Shown: piece after piece, positions 35,481-46,500 of the stretch | Layout: each line of letters opens with the position of its first letter | Numbering within the stretch: position 1 is the first letter of the stretch | NCBI GenBank assembly: GCA_946965045.2 | Contig: OX337238.1 | Span: 2,790,001-2,854,000 of the forward strand | DNA from: Epithemia pelagica | Taxonomy: Eukaryota; Protista; Bacillariophyta | Reading direction: 5' to 3' | DNA length: 64,000 nt | Notes under the pieces: generated by a model | Seen by the model: only the letters and a program-made list of their open reading frames with translations | Told to the model about the DNA's origin: nothing | Database searches by the model: none | Program-made: the position numbers and the translations under genes

Positions 35481-35954
35481 AGATTGACTGGTGGAATGTT
35501 TGAGGTCGGAATAGTAGACCGTGATTCAGAGGATCACATGTGGACTCGGAGCCACAGTGCCGCTCTCTTTGTCGGCAAGACAAACTTTGGGCATGGCTTT
35601 CAAGTGTCTTACACCGGTGCCGACAAAACGCTGGTCCATAAGACATTTCTGTCCCATGAAGTGTTGGCTTGGGATGTCTTTCGTGTCAGGAGTCAACGCA
35701 ATGGACACGAGGGACTCGAGTTCTTCGCAGTCGTTCCATTGCCTTTGGGACATGAAGGAGACCGATGTCACGTTGGAGAAGAGTGTCGGGAGTGGATGCT
35801 TCGCTTCACCATCATGGGGCACCATGAGTCTTTCAAGCTCCTAAAAACAGCGTGCCGTGACAATGGTTTCCCGAAGCGGGGACTTGTACTAGAGAAAGCT
35901 TAGTCATTAACCAAAACCTTACTTAGTATTCCTTACATGCGATTATGGTAGCTA

Positions 35955-36891
35955 TCATGATTCCGACTGAAGCAGCTTTTGGTGTCGTAGTTCATCAAGT
36001 CGGGGGTACTTCTCCTCTTGGATAGCGAACATCGATAGAAGTGCCACCCGCTCAGAGTCACGCAAGGCCTTGTGCTTGTTGCCTTTGTAGGATTTGGGGG
36101 CTTCTTGATCACCCCCCTCACCATTTCTCCTGTTCACGTTCCGTTGTACCGCTTTCGTGACCGCAACAAGCCTGTCTTGCACTGCGTCATTCTTTGTCAT
36201 CACCTCCAACTGAGCTACAACTTGCCCCTTTGTTGAGTGGTTTAGAGACTTCATGCGGCTTTCCATCTGCGCCCCAGTCTGATGGGCGCGCTCGCCTTCA
36301 TCTTCACCCAAATCACCGATTCCGCCGTACCGTTTCACTGCGTCAAGTGCATGGTCTTCCAAAATGTGCATCTTGGGTGAAATTGGGATGTCGAGTGCTC
36401 GCCATACCGAAGAAGCATGCTTCAAATGATGCTCTAAGTGGAGCACCTGTTGTGGCGTGATGTGATTCCGAGGCGTCTGCAAATTAGAAAAAGTGGCATC
36501 GAGATGCCCCATCAATCGTTCATAGGCATCAATCACCCTTTTGATTGTCGCATTATCCACCCATTTCTGTTTGTCCGGGAGGTCCCGGACGTAGACCCAA
36601 ATCTCTTCGAAGATAAACTTCCAATCAACCAACACTGTGCTGCAGGGGTTGCCTTGCAGAGCACCCCCATGAAACGCTGCCCTGTCAATTCCATGGGCAC
36701 GCTCGATCTCTTCGAACTTGCGATAGACAGGTTGTCCATGCTTTCGTGAGTTCTCAGGGACACTCTTCTCTTTGTCCCATTCAAGTTTTGCTTCTTTAAC
36801 CAACTTTGCCCTTGCCTTCCGCTCACCATCCTTCTCCTTCAGGCTTTGTTTCAACAAAGCAATCTCAGCTGCAATGTGCTCATCCGGAACC

Positions 36892-36926
<35 letters not shown>

Positions 36927-39386
36927 TTCCTGTTTCTGCCGCGTGATTTCCATCAGCTCGCTCACCACTTGTTCTTCTTTCTTTTTCCGTCTGAGCCATT
37001 CCGTTTCAAGATCGATCCAGGCTGCTGTGTAGATCTCACAGGCAGCCTGGAGATCACTGTACAAACAATCTAGAGCCTTGTTCACAACGCCCAACTTGAT
37101 GTGGAGAACAGGCATTGACACATGACACACATCCACGGCAGTAAGCAAAGGCACATTTTTTATTCCCTTTCGCAGGGCACCCTTTGCATTCTCATCGAGC
37201 GTTTTGTTGTATTCAAGCTGGGCCTTCATTGTCGCAAGCGACCACTTTGTGCCTCGAGCATGACTAAGTGGCTGCCATTCTGCCTTTGTCAGCTGACAAA
37301 AGGCACACCAGCAGCTAGACATGCCTTCTCGCCCATAGTTGGTCATAATTTGGGCTAGGTCTCCTGCCAAGAACACTTCTACTGGGAGTCCTCCATAGAA
37401 GCGTGTGTCGCTAGGTTGGTCAGGACGTGACCCCGCAAGCCTTGAGTAGTACCACTCTTCATTTTCATTTAGTTGGGCTCGCTTCCACACGTCGATACCG
37501 CCTTTCTCTGTCAACTGACTTAGCGCACTGTCTAGTTTTGGCATGTAGGTGCTTTTCAGGATCTCGTAGGTGTCCTTCTTGCACCTAGCATCTGCTAGAC
37601 TGTAGGAGTCTTTGTGTTCCGTCCACTTATTTGAGCTAGGGTCATGTTTCCGACAAATTTAGACCGCATGGGCACGAGAGAAGCCTTTCCCATGGTCGGC
37701 CGACACAACCATATCAATAGAGGTCCAATGCTGTCGAGTGTCAGCTCGATTAAACACAGTATCGCAAAAGTAAAGCAATACCTGTGTCGCATCTCGCACA
37801 CTCCATTCGATTGACTCGTTGTTTAATTGTAGCGTATTGCATTCCGGTGCCACAGCCTTCTTAGTTACTAGGACTCTCTTTAGCTCATCAGGTGAGCTAA
37901 CCAGGGGACATCCGAACCAGTACTTGAGGTGACGTGCAATCAGTCTTGCCTGCGAGTAGTTTATGTTTGCGTCCGACCACATGGCAAACGTTGCAACCGG
38001 GTCCATTGCAACGCACGCAAACTTTTGTTGTTTCACTGCCTCCTTGACCCCATTCGGAAATCTCTTGCCGAGATGGGCAAAGAGATTCTTTGCCGTATAC
38101 TCCATGTTGGTCAGCTCCTCTTCTTGCCCCTCCTCTAACTGATCCTCCTCTAGCTCATCTACCTCGTCATTTCGCACATCTGTACTCGGCTTCAACACCT
38201 TCCGCGGCCTGTCGTTTTGTTTCCCGAGTCCTTCCAAGACTTGATCAATCCACTTGAAGTGTCTGTCTTGCTCATGGAAGCTTTTCAAATTGGTAGATTT
38301 TGGTATCCGAACCAAAGATACCATCCTACCGTTAGACATCCGGGTCGTGAGCACATCGTGCTTTCTTCGCTTGTCAGATAGAGTGACAAGGTCTCGCACA
38401 AGATCACTAACCACGCGTTTGTTTGTTGTGTCAATTCCATAGGCATGCAACGTAGGTGTGCTCAATTTTTGATTGGGGGTCATAAAACTTTGAACCCCCA
38501 ACATTTCGCCTCTTTCTCTCTCGTTGTGTTCATACAGTACTTTCATGACGGAGGCGAGGGCACCAGCAAGATCTTGCTCCTCAAAAGATTCGGATTCCAA
38601 AAAGTATTCTTCCATCACATCGAAGAACTCCGGCTTGAAGACTTTCGGAAACAAATGACAAATCAGCTGTTGCTTGATGAGTTGATTCCGGCTCACGTGC
38701 TGCTTGTTGTTGTTCTGGTTGGTAGCAGGAGTGGTGATCTTTGAATTGTTCTCCATTCTCATCGCTCGTTTTCTTTCATTCTCCAATGTCTCACTGGAGA
38801 GAGAAACTCGCTTTTGCGTCCTCTTGTCATCAGCAGCTGCTCCTCTTGGCCTCTTCAGGATGCTACTTCTGCGCCGCCTTGGAGATGGGGTTTTTATCAG
38901 CGTTGTTGGATTCGTAGTCGTCCCCGTAGAACTGTCACCAGCTTGTTTTGTTGTTGCATTCAGAAGCAGCTTTTTTGTTTGTACTGCAATGGATTTGGTA
39001 TTTTGAATCGATGGCTTGGTGAAATTTCGGAAGACATAAAGCAGACTTGCACTCGTTTTGTCGCAACCCACTTCAAGGAAATGTTGCCGTTGCTCATTTC
39101 CATACCTGCTTTTCGTGAGCGCTGTGATGTCTCGTAGGTGAAACCGGTCTAGGAAGGTTTCAATTTTCCTCTCTTGAACTCTCCACGACGAGGATGTTGA
39201 TTCGTTCGTTGTTGCCACTCGTGACACCCATCCGACAACACTCAATAGGCACATTAGGGACTCCGTAGAGATCCCAAGTAGATTAGCGAGACTGTTCTCA
39301 TCGCTTTCACCTACATTTATGCCATACCACCATGGCCTATTGGCCGAACCAATTTCACGGATCAACTTTGCGAGTGCTTCGTCCAT
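35955..39386 (-). pseudogene. ~1140-aa Chapaev/Transib-type DDE transposase with one in-frame TAA at 37659-37661
   Basis: ORFs 37659-39386 and 35955-37544 share a frame and the gap is open (RAHAV*ICRKH...CKKDTYEILK). Motifs VSADHG (D), AGDL (D), CWCAFC, PVLHIKLG, PKMHILEDH and GEDEGERAHQ (E) parallel Chapaev3 (LHIKLG, GERFHQ) and the RAG1 core (CTLC, LHCDIG, FHKTLAH, EGNES). Confidence 0.88.
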
Positions 39387-40383
39387 GACGATCCAAGTTG
39401 TTGGAGGCTACTACTCCAGCGGAAGATGGCAAAAATAGTGCAATCGCGAACACTTTCTAGGGTATTATGGACAACTATCATCTGAATGAAGCTGTGCAAT
39501 ATGTTCGCGATTGGAGAACTACATCCCGCGGTATCATCATCGTTGATGCGCAAATCACGAGTTCTGCACTTCAAAAAATGGAACGAGATAGGATACACAC
39601 ATGGGCACGTGTGGAGGGTCGGCCGGCGAAGACCTACAACCTAGAGACCAAGACCAAGTGAATACTGTAGGCATAATATTACAATACAAAATCGGCTCCT
39701 TGTCGAACGTGACCATACTTTGTAGCACCTAATACCTATCCATCCGATCCCATCTCAGACGCCCGCGACTCCAATACGAGCTTTGGGTACCGAATGGGCC
39801 CGCGCGCTGTCACCGGACCTGTCCAGAAACTATTTCATTAACTATGACCCAAACAGTACACAATCTACATGCTAAATATAAGACCCGAAACTACCCCTTC
39901 CACCAATAGTCTAACTTTGAACGCTAATATCTCCAGGAATAAACGGCCAAAACTCTCAGGACCAAGTTCCCAACATATCTACATCAAACATAGAAGTCGA
40001 ATGCGTCCTCACCTGAGAGTTTCGAGTCTTTTAATTTTGTTGGATTCACGGTAGAAAAAGACCTCTCTTTATGCGACCAAAATTTTGTCACACGCTCCAC
40101 AAAGCACCTCCGCCTGCCCAGTCGAGAACATAAAGAATATACCGACCTGAGGATGAACAATAGTCTCAGTCGCTTTTTAATCTCACCCAAAATTCCAAAA
40201 TTTCACATATCGGCATGTGTGTGGGTCCATGTCATTCATCTCCTCCTCATACGACCAATGCGACAACAGAGGTGCGATTATCTCATCCTTCAAGTTACCT
40301 TTGACATCATACAACTTCGGACAGTGGATTCCTGTATATAACTGAAGAATAAGGAAGAGTCTCGCACCCAGTCTCATCAAACC

Positions 40384-41015
40384 ATGGGCAAGAAACGCCG
40401 AAACGCTCCCCCGTCTTCGACCAGCTCAACACAAGAAAAGAAGAAGAAACCTGCACGAAGCAAGCCAAAGAAAGATGCACTTCCCCAGCACCCACCCACA
40501 TTCCAAGCCAACCAACGCGTTACAAGATCTACGGCCCACATTCCATCACCGAACAAAGTAACGCGGCAACGACGCAAGGACACCGCCATCCCACTTTACA
40601 ACAACTCTACTGAACGAGAGAGAATCGAAGCCATACGGACTGATTTCGAGGACTCAGAGTTCAAACCATGTTCTATTTTCGGGATGAATAGACACAAAGA
40701 GTTTCCTGGTTTTTTCTTTTGTGGTAACTGTTATTTCGCTGACTCTCGCAAACAAACAAAGCCGCACCTACCAACCAATTGCAAGGCCAAGGACGGCATT
40801 TTCTCATGTCGAGCCAAGCACACGATGCTTGACGAACCAACGTACAAGAAATTGTCGAAGAACTACCACAAAAAACCAACCTCAAGGAAACCACCACCAC
40901 TTGATGATTTGTCTACTTGCCTACCGACCAGCGATACGTCGTTTCCTGGTTCGAACATCGAAACCACCCCTCGAGATGTGGCCGACCATGACAAACAATT
41001 CAATGCTTTCTGCTC
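40384..41015 (+). pseudogene. 5' fragment of a gene in the 1.86-kb element: basic NLS-like N-terminus and a Cys/His cluster
   Basis: MGKKRR...KKKKPARSKPKK, then PCSIF...FCGNCYF...NCK...SCRAKH. Base composition flips near 41015, suggesting a deletion junction. Confidence 0.55.
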
Positions 41016-41304
41016 CAGGCCCGGACATAATGGGACGTTGGGAATGGCTCGGGAGAGATGGGTGGCATTTAAGAGGTTGATTTTGAGGAGGGAAGAGTGG
41101 GAAAAACAATGTCAGACAATGCTTCCCTTCGAATCTCTTGGTGATGCGGGCAATCGTTGTCGTGCCTTTGTCTTGGTTTGGAAGTTTCACATGAACAAAA
41201 CTTCCAAATCGAAGGTGATCGTCTATAGCTGGAACGTACAGAGGCCGTTCGTTAACGTTAGCCCAAAGGTCATAATATTCCGATGGTTTGGGAATGGGTG
41301 GCAT
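41015..41304 (-). pseudogene. 5' fragment of a second, convergent gene in the 1.86-kb element
   Basis: ATG 41304 gives MPPIPKPSEYYDLWANVNERPLYVPAIDDHLRFGSFVHVKL..., which looks globular up to the same junction. Confidence 0.45.
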
Positions 41305-41700
41305 CTTTGATTTGTCTTCTTAGGTGACTTTCTATGATGTTGGGAAAGGTGCAATGGAGATGAGATCTTGTGTCGTGTTGCTTGTGGTCTCACTCGGATG
41401 TTATCGAGAATTTGATGCCGAGTGCGAGCTTTGGGAGGTTGATCCTTGTGAATGCCGGATATAAATATGACAGAAAATCAGAAAAAGGTATTAAGTAATA
41501 ACTTTGAGTGGACATGGTTTGGAATGTCTTTATTTCTGTTCATTTATCGTCGCAAGCCGATAAATTGGAGCGCCAGCCTGACACGACTTGACGGTTGGTC
41601 CGAAAAAGTCACCAGCGACCGACATCAAAAGCTCGTATCCAACAAAGAATCCCCATCGCGCGCGCATCTCATCAAGATGTCCTCACCATGACGATACAAC

Positions 41701-41864
41701 TGTTGAAATTGTGGCCTATATTTGGCAACGAACGACAAATGTGTGTAAACTACAACGGCTATGTGGCCGATTTTGGTGGGAGCTGTGTACGACTCCCATC
41801 TGTGAACCAAGGTAGTTTTCTCTGTAATGAACGTATAATCTTTCTGATAAGCGAACTTTTAGCA
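41701..41864 (+). repeat. 5' LTR of copia C
   Basis: Direct repeat of 48185-48348. Confidence 0.95.
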
Positions 41865-41878
41865 GTTTATCAGACCCA
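41865..41878 (+). other. Primer-binding site of copia C, complementary to a tRNA-Ile(GAU)-like anticodon arm
   Basis: GTTTATCAGACCCA; reverse complement TGGGT-CTGATAA-AC has the same stem-loop geometry as the PBS of A and B. Confidence 0.65.
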
Positions 41879-41911
41879 TTCGTTCCGATTTTTCGAGTGA
41901 ACTACATCACC

Positions 41912-43513
41912 ATGGTACTAACTGCTGCCCAGACGACGTCTTTCTTTCAAGATGCCGATCAAATGGGCATTCCCCAAGCAACGGTAACTCAACTTCAAGT
42001 TGAAGGAATCAGCACAATCTCTGACCTAGCTGACTTTGACAAAGAAACACTCCAGCAAGTGGCCGACAACTTACGGAAACCGGGTGGCAGAGTTCCAGAT
42101 CCGAACCCTGGGGCAGCTGCAGGAGCAACGATTCCGACACCACCATTCGTATTCGGCGCCAAGTCACAACACCGTCTAACTGTGGCATGTGAATTGGTAC
42201 ACTATTATAACACTGTTGGACGTGATATGACCTCTGGGAACATGAGGTGGACCCATGTCATGAAGAACTTTGAAGCCCAATGGAAGGCATTGAAGACACG
42301 AAAGGACTCAGATGACCCAGATGTCCCCAAAATCAGCAAGGCGTTACCTATAATCAAGTGGACCGAAGCTTTTCAGGACTACCTTCACCGTCTCATTGGG
42401 GTGAGAACCATTCCTCTGGCATATGTGATTCGACAGGAGGTAGATGTACCTGTGGTTCCACCCACTCAAGCTAACAACAAGCCACACTCGATAGTGTACG
42501 GCTCTATTGAAGTTGAATTGGTTGCACGCCCATCTCACGACCATGAACTATACAGAGAAGACAATGCATCTGTATACTATCACCTCGAAGAAGCAACTAG
42601 AGGAACGACGTATGCAGCGTCTATTAAACCTCATCAACGAAATAAAGATGGTCGAGGCGCATGGACGGCTTTGACAAGCCAGTATGCAGGACAAGACAAA
42701 TGGGAGGCTGAGATTAAGCGCCAAGACAACCTTCTTCACACACGAGTATGGAAGGGGCAAAACAGCTTTCCGTTAGAAGGGTTCATTGCGCAACATAGAA
42801 ATGCGTATGTCTCTATGCAGCAGTGTGCTGATCATGTCTTGTATCAATTGCCCAATGAACACACACGTGTTGGGTACTTACTTGAAGGGATTCAATGCTC
42901 TGATGCTGGACTACAAGCCGCAATGGCAAGTGTCCGCACTGATACTGACCCTGATGGGATGCGCAATAGATTCGAGAAGGCCGCGGCGCACCTCCTGCCC
43001 TACGATCCTGTGGCTAAGAAACGAGCCGCCGCCACCAATAACAAGCGCAATGCCGCGCAAATCTCTTCTGTTGAGATTGATGACACTACCTTGACAGCTG
43101 AAGCGAGCTCCACGACCGCTGCAAAGAAGCAGAGCATTGGGAAGACGGGGGTCCATCTCCGATACCATACTCCCAGTGAGTATGACAACCTGACCGATGA
43201 GCAGAAAGATGAACTGCGAGAATGGCGCAAAGCCAACCCTTCAAAGAAGAAGAACAACCAGAACGATAAGAAAGAGAAAAGCAACAAGTCTGTCAAACGG
43301 CAACTGGCTTCCGTCGTGGCCAAGGAACTTAAAAAGTTCGCAAAGAATGGAATCGAAGAAGAAAAGGAGACGACCAATTTGCAAGCGCAAATTGCCAGCA
43401 TGGTTCAAAATGCTGTCAAGGAACAGCTAGCTCTTCCACCCGCACCACCAGCCGCTGCTCCCAAGAAACCATCCACCCTCCAATCCATCCTCAAGCAGGC
43501 GAAGTTCTCGTGA
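41912..43513 (+). CDS. gag: gag of copia C
   Basis: MVLTAAQTTSFF...; capsid-like KDGRGAW..L..QYAG and RVGYLLEGIQC; ends at TGA 43511-43513. Confidence 0.88.
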   Translation: MVLTAAQTTSFFQDADQMGIPQATVTQLQVEGISTISDLADFDKETLQQVADNLRKPGGRVPDPNPGAAAGATIPTPPFVFGAKSQHRLTVACELVHYYNTVGRDMTSGNMRWTHVMKNFEAQWKALKTRKDSDDPDVPKISKALPIIKWTEAFQDYLHRLIGVRTIPLAYVIRQEVDVPVVPPTQANNKPHSIVYGSIEVELVARPSHDHELYREDNASVYYHLEEATRGTTYAASIKPHQRNKDGRGAWTALTSQYAGQDKWEAEIKRQDNLLHTRVWKGQNSFPLEGFIAQHRNAYVSMQQCADHVLYQLPNEHTRVGYLLEGIQCSDAGLQAAMASVRTDTDPDGMRNRFEKAAAHLLPYDPVAKKRAAATNNKRNAAQISSVEIDDTTLTAEASSTTAAKKQSIGKTGVHLRYHTPSEYDNLTDEQKDELREWRKANPSKKKNNQNDKKEKSNKSVKRQLASVVAKELKKFAKNGIEEEKETTNLQAQIASMVQNAVKEQLALPPAPPAAAPKKPSTLQSILKQAKFS

Positions 43514-46500
43514 GAGCGTCCGGCCATGTCCTCATCCTTGAGAGGAGGGATATTGCAGCCGGACAACACAAAACCATGGGACCCTGGAGAACACGGACAA
43601 TTCGAGCATGAATGCCAATGCAGGCAGCATAAGTCCATTGTTCCAACCCGATGCTTTGCGATTGTTGCCGCTGCATCACTGGACAATGATGAGGAAATGC
43701 AGAACATGGATGGGGAGCATCGAACGGAGTTGGACAGCCATGCCAATATGCCCGTTGTCGGGCGGCATGGGTACATTGTGAACAAGCATGGGAGGAAGGT
43801 CGACGTTAGTCCTTTCACACCCCAATACAAATCGATGCAAGCGGAACTGGTGGACGCCATTGTCCGTTACGATTGCCCGTATGCAGGGAAGCCATACCTT
43901 CTCGTCATTCAAAACGCCTTGTGGGTTCAAGCAATGGAAAACAACTTGATCCCACCGTTCATTCTGAGAGAGGCAGGCATCAAGGTCAACGAACGGGCGA
44001 AGATCCACACTGATGATCCGACCACAGACGATCATGCGATCATTTTCCCGTCCACGGGTTTCCGAATCCCTCTGAGTCTCTGGGGAATCTTCTCCTTTTT
44101 CCCGACTGTCAAGCCAACAGAAGACGACCTTGTTGCAGGACATGACGTATACGTCCTGACTCCAAGCCGTTGGAACCCACACTCCGACGCTTATGAGACA
44201 AATGAGGCGAGTATGTTGGATTGGGAGGGCAACATCAAGGAGAAGAAGGACCAGTTGCGAATTGTAATTGACAATATCCCTAATCCGAATGATGAACTGG
44301 ATTATCGGGTATCCTCCATGGAAGCACATGCAATCGACCGAACATGCGCAGCACGGAACCATTGGAGGAACCACATGGCAGAGCTTCGGAAATCCGCTGC
44401 CATTGAGCCATATGATGAAATCGGTGGACATCTATCTGGCATATCTTCGGTCCTTGTCGAATCCATGATGGCGCTGGAATTGGAGGAGAGAATGGTCCAT
44501 GGCAAAGAAGTTGCAGCCATTGGAGCCACCACCATCCAGGATGAGGGCGAAGAGGAGGACAATAGCGATGACAGCTCTGAAGGCGAGAGAGAGCCAGACG
44601 ACGACATGGACATTGACCTGAGCACGTTGGAGGATGTAGATCTTGATGAATTCTTCGTCTCAAGTGTCCATGCTGGCAAATCCCAAGGGATTGGAGCCAG
44701 ACACCTCGCCAAAGTATGGAGGATCAGTCACGACGACGCCAAACGGACCTTGGCTGTGACATCCCAACGTGGAAAAAGGCCTGAAAATCCAACCCTGTCC
44801 CAGAATTATGGCACCAACGACCGAATGCTTCGGTACCGACGAATAGAAGAATACTTCTATATGGACACCTTCTTTGCGACGAAGAAAGGAGGGAAGTCAT
44901 CTCGTGGCCACACATGTTGCCAATTGTTTGTTACTGACAAAGGCTTCATGCATGTGGTGCCAATGAAGAGGAAGTCAGAAGTTTTGATGGCTGTCAAGAT
45001 CTTTGCAAAGGAAATTGGTGCTCCCGATGCGTTGATTTGTGACATGTCCAAGGAACAAACGAGTTCCGACATGAAACTATTCCTTAACGACATCGGAACA
45101 ACTCTTCGTGCACTGGAAGAGGGCACGCCCTGGGCGAATAAAGCTGAGTTGTATATCAAGTTGATAAAGGAAGCGGTTCGCAAAGACATGCGCGAAGCGA
45201 ACTCCCCGCTTCCGTTTTGGGACTACTGCCTAGAGAGGAGAGTCCGGATTTACAATCTCACGGCTCGAGATTACATCACCGTTCGGGGAACAAATCCCTA
45301 CACCGCAACGCTGGGTGTTGAGGGGGATATTTCGAGTCTTGGACGATACCAGTGGTACGAATGGTGCTACTTCCGTGAGCACACAGCAAAGTTTCCCCAC
45401 AACCAAGAGGTCCTAGGTCGTATCCTTGGTCCGGCAAAAGGTGAAGGAAATGAGATGGCACAATGGGTTCTAAAAGCAAATGGAAATGTGGTGCCACGAC
45501 GGTCCACCCGCCCACTACAAGAATCCGAAATCTACAGTGCCAGTGAGCAATCAAAGCGTGAGGCCTTCAACGCATTGATTGAGAGGAGGCATGGCACCTC
45601 CATACAACCACCACCTACTATTCCCGACGACGATGAAAAATTTTATGATCCATATGAGGATGATGAACAACCTCAATATACCACCCCGGACATAGAAGAC
45701 ACAGTCGACAACACGGGAAGACTCTTGAACCAATGCCCTGCCTACGACAGGATGATCAACGCTGAAGTACAAATGCAGATCGGCGATGAGATCAGCAAGG
45801 GAGTGGTCAAGAGAAGAGCCATTGGGGCCGATGGGACAACGTCTGGCAAATACCATGACGACCCATACAGCAATTCAATCCTCTACGAAGTCGAGTTCTT
45901 GGACGGCCAAGTCAAGGAGTATGCCGCCAATGTCATAGCCGAAAGCATGCTTGCCGAGGTTGACACAGATGGGAAACACCTGCGACTGATGGAAGGGAAA
46001 GTCGAATGGAAGAAGGACGAATCTCTGGCCGTATCCAAACGCGACAAATACGTCTATGACAGGCATGGTAGACGGAGGGCAAGGAAGACGACGAGAGGGT
46101 GGTGGCTGCTAGTCAAGTGGAAGGATGGATCCGAATCTTGGCAACGATTGGCAGACATGAAGGAATCATATCCTATTGAGACGGCTGAGTTTGCCGTTGC
46201 ACGAGGATTGGAAGATGAGCCCGCGTTTCAATGGTGGGCCAAGTCAACATCGCGCCGCAGGGACGCAATCATATCGGCACTGAAGACACGTGCACGACAG
46301 ATCCGGCACAAGTATGGTATAGAGATACCTACAAGTGTGGAGCATGCGAAGGAGCTTGACAAGAGAAATGGCAATGATTATTGGATGAAGGCTCTAGCCA
46401 AGGAGATGTTCAATGTTGGAGTCGCCTTCGAAATCCTAGCCGATGGAGAAAAGGCACCCCATGGTTGGCACCTGGTAACCGGACACCTAGTCTGGGACGT

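Larger units (their letters stand above)
33571..39711 (-). mobile_element. Chapaev/Transib-like (RAG1-core-like) DNA transposon, 6141 bp
   Basis: 14-bp perfect TIR CACGTTCGACAAGG (33571-33584 and 39698-39711) plus an inner CCGATTTTGTA block at each end. 3-bp TSD ACC (33568-33570 and 39712-39714). Empty site TTTCGCGACCATACTTTG is present near 7945-7965. Confidence 0.93.
39775..41637. mobile_element. 1863-bp non-autonomous TIR element, superfamily unresolved
   Basis: Ends TACGAGCTTT...AAAGCTCGTA, flanked by TCCAA at 39770-39774 and 41638-41642 (alternatively a TA TSD with CGAGCTTT TIRs). The flanks rejoin into the host spacer seen near 51420-51455 and 56025-56060. Confidence 0.85.
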
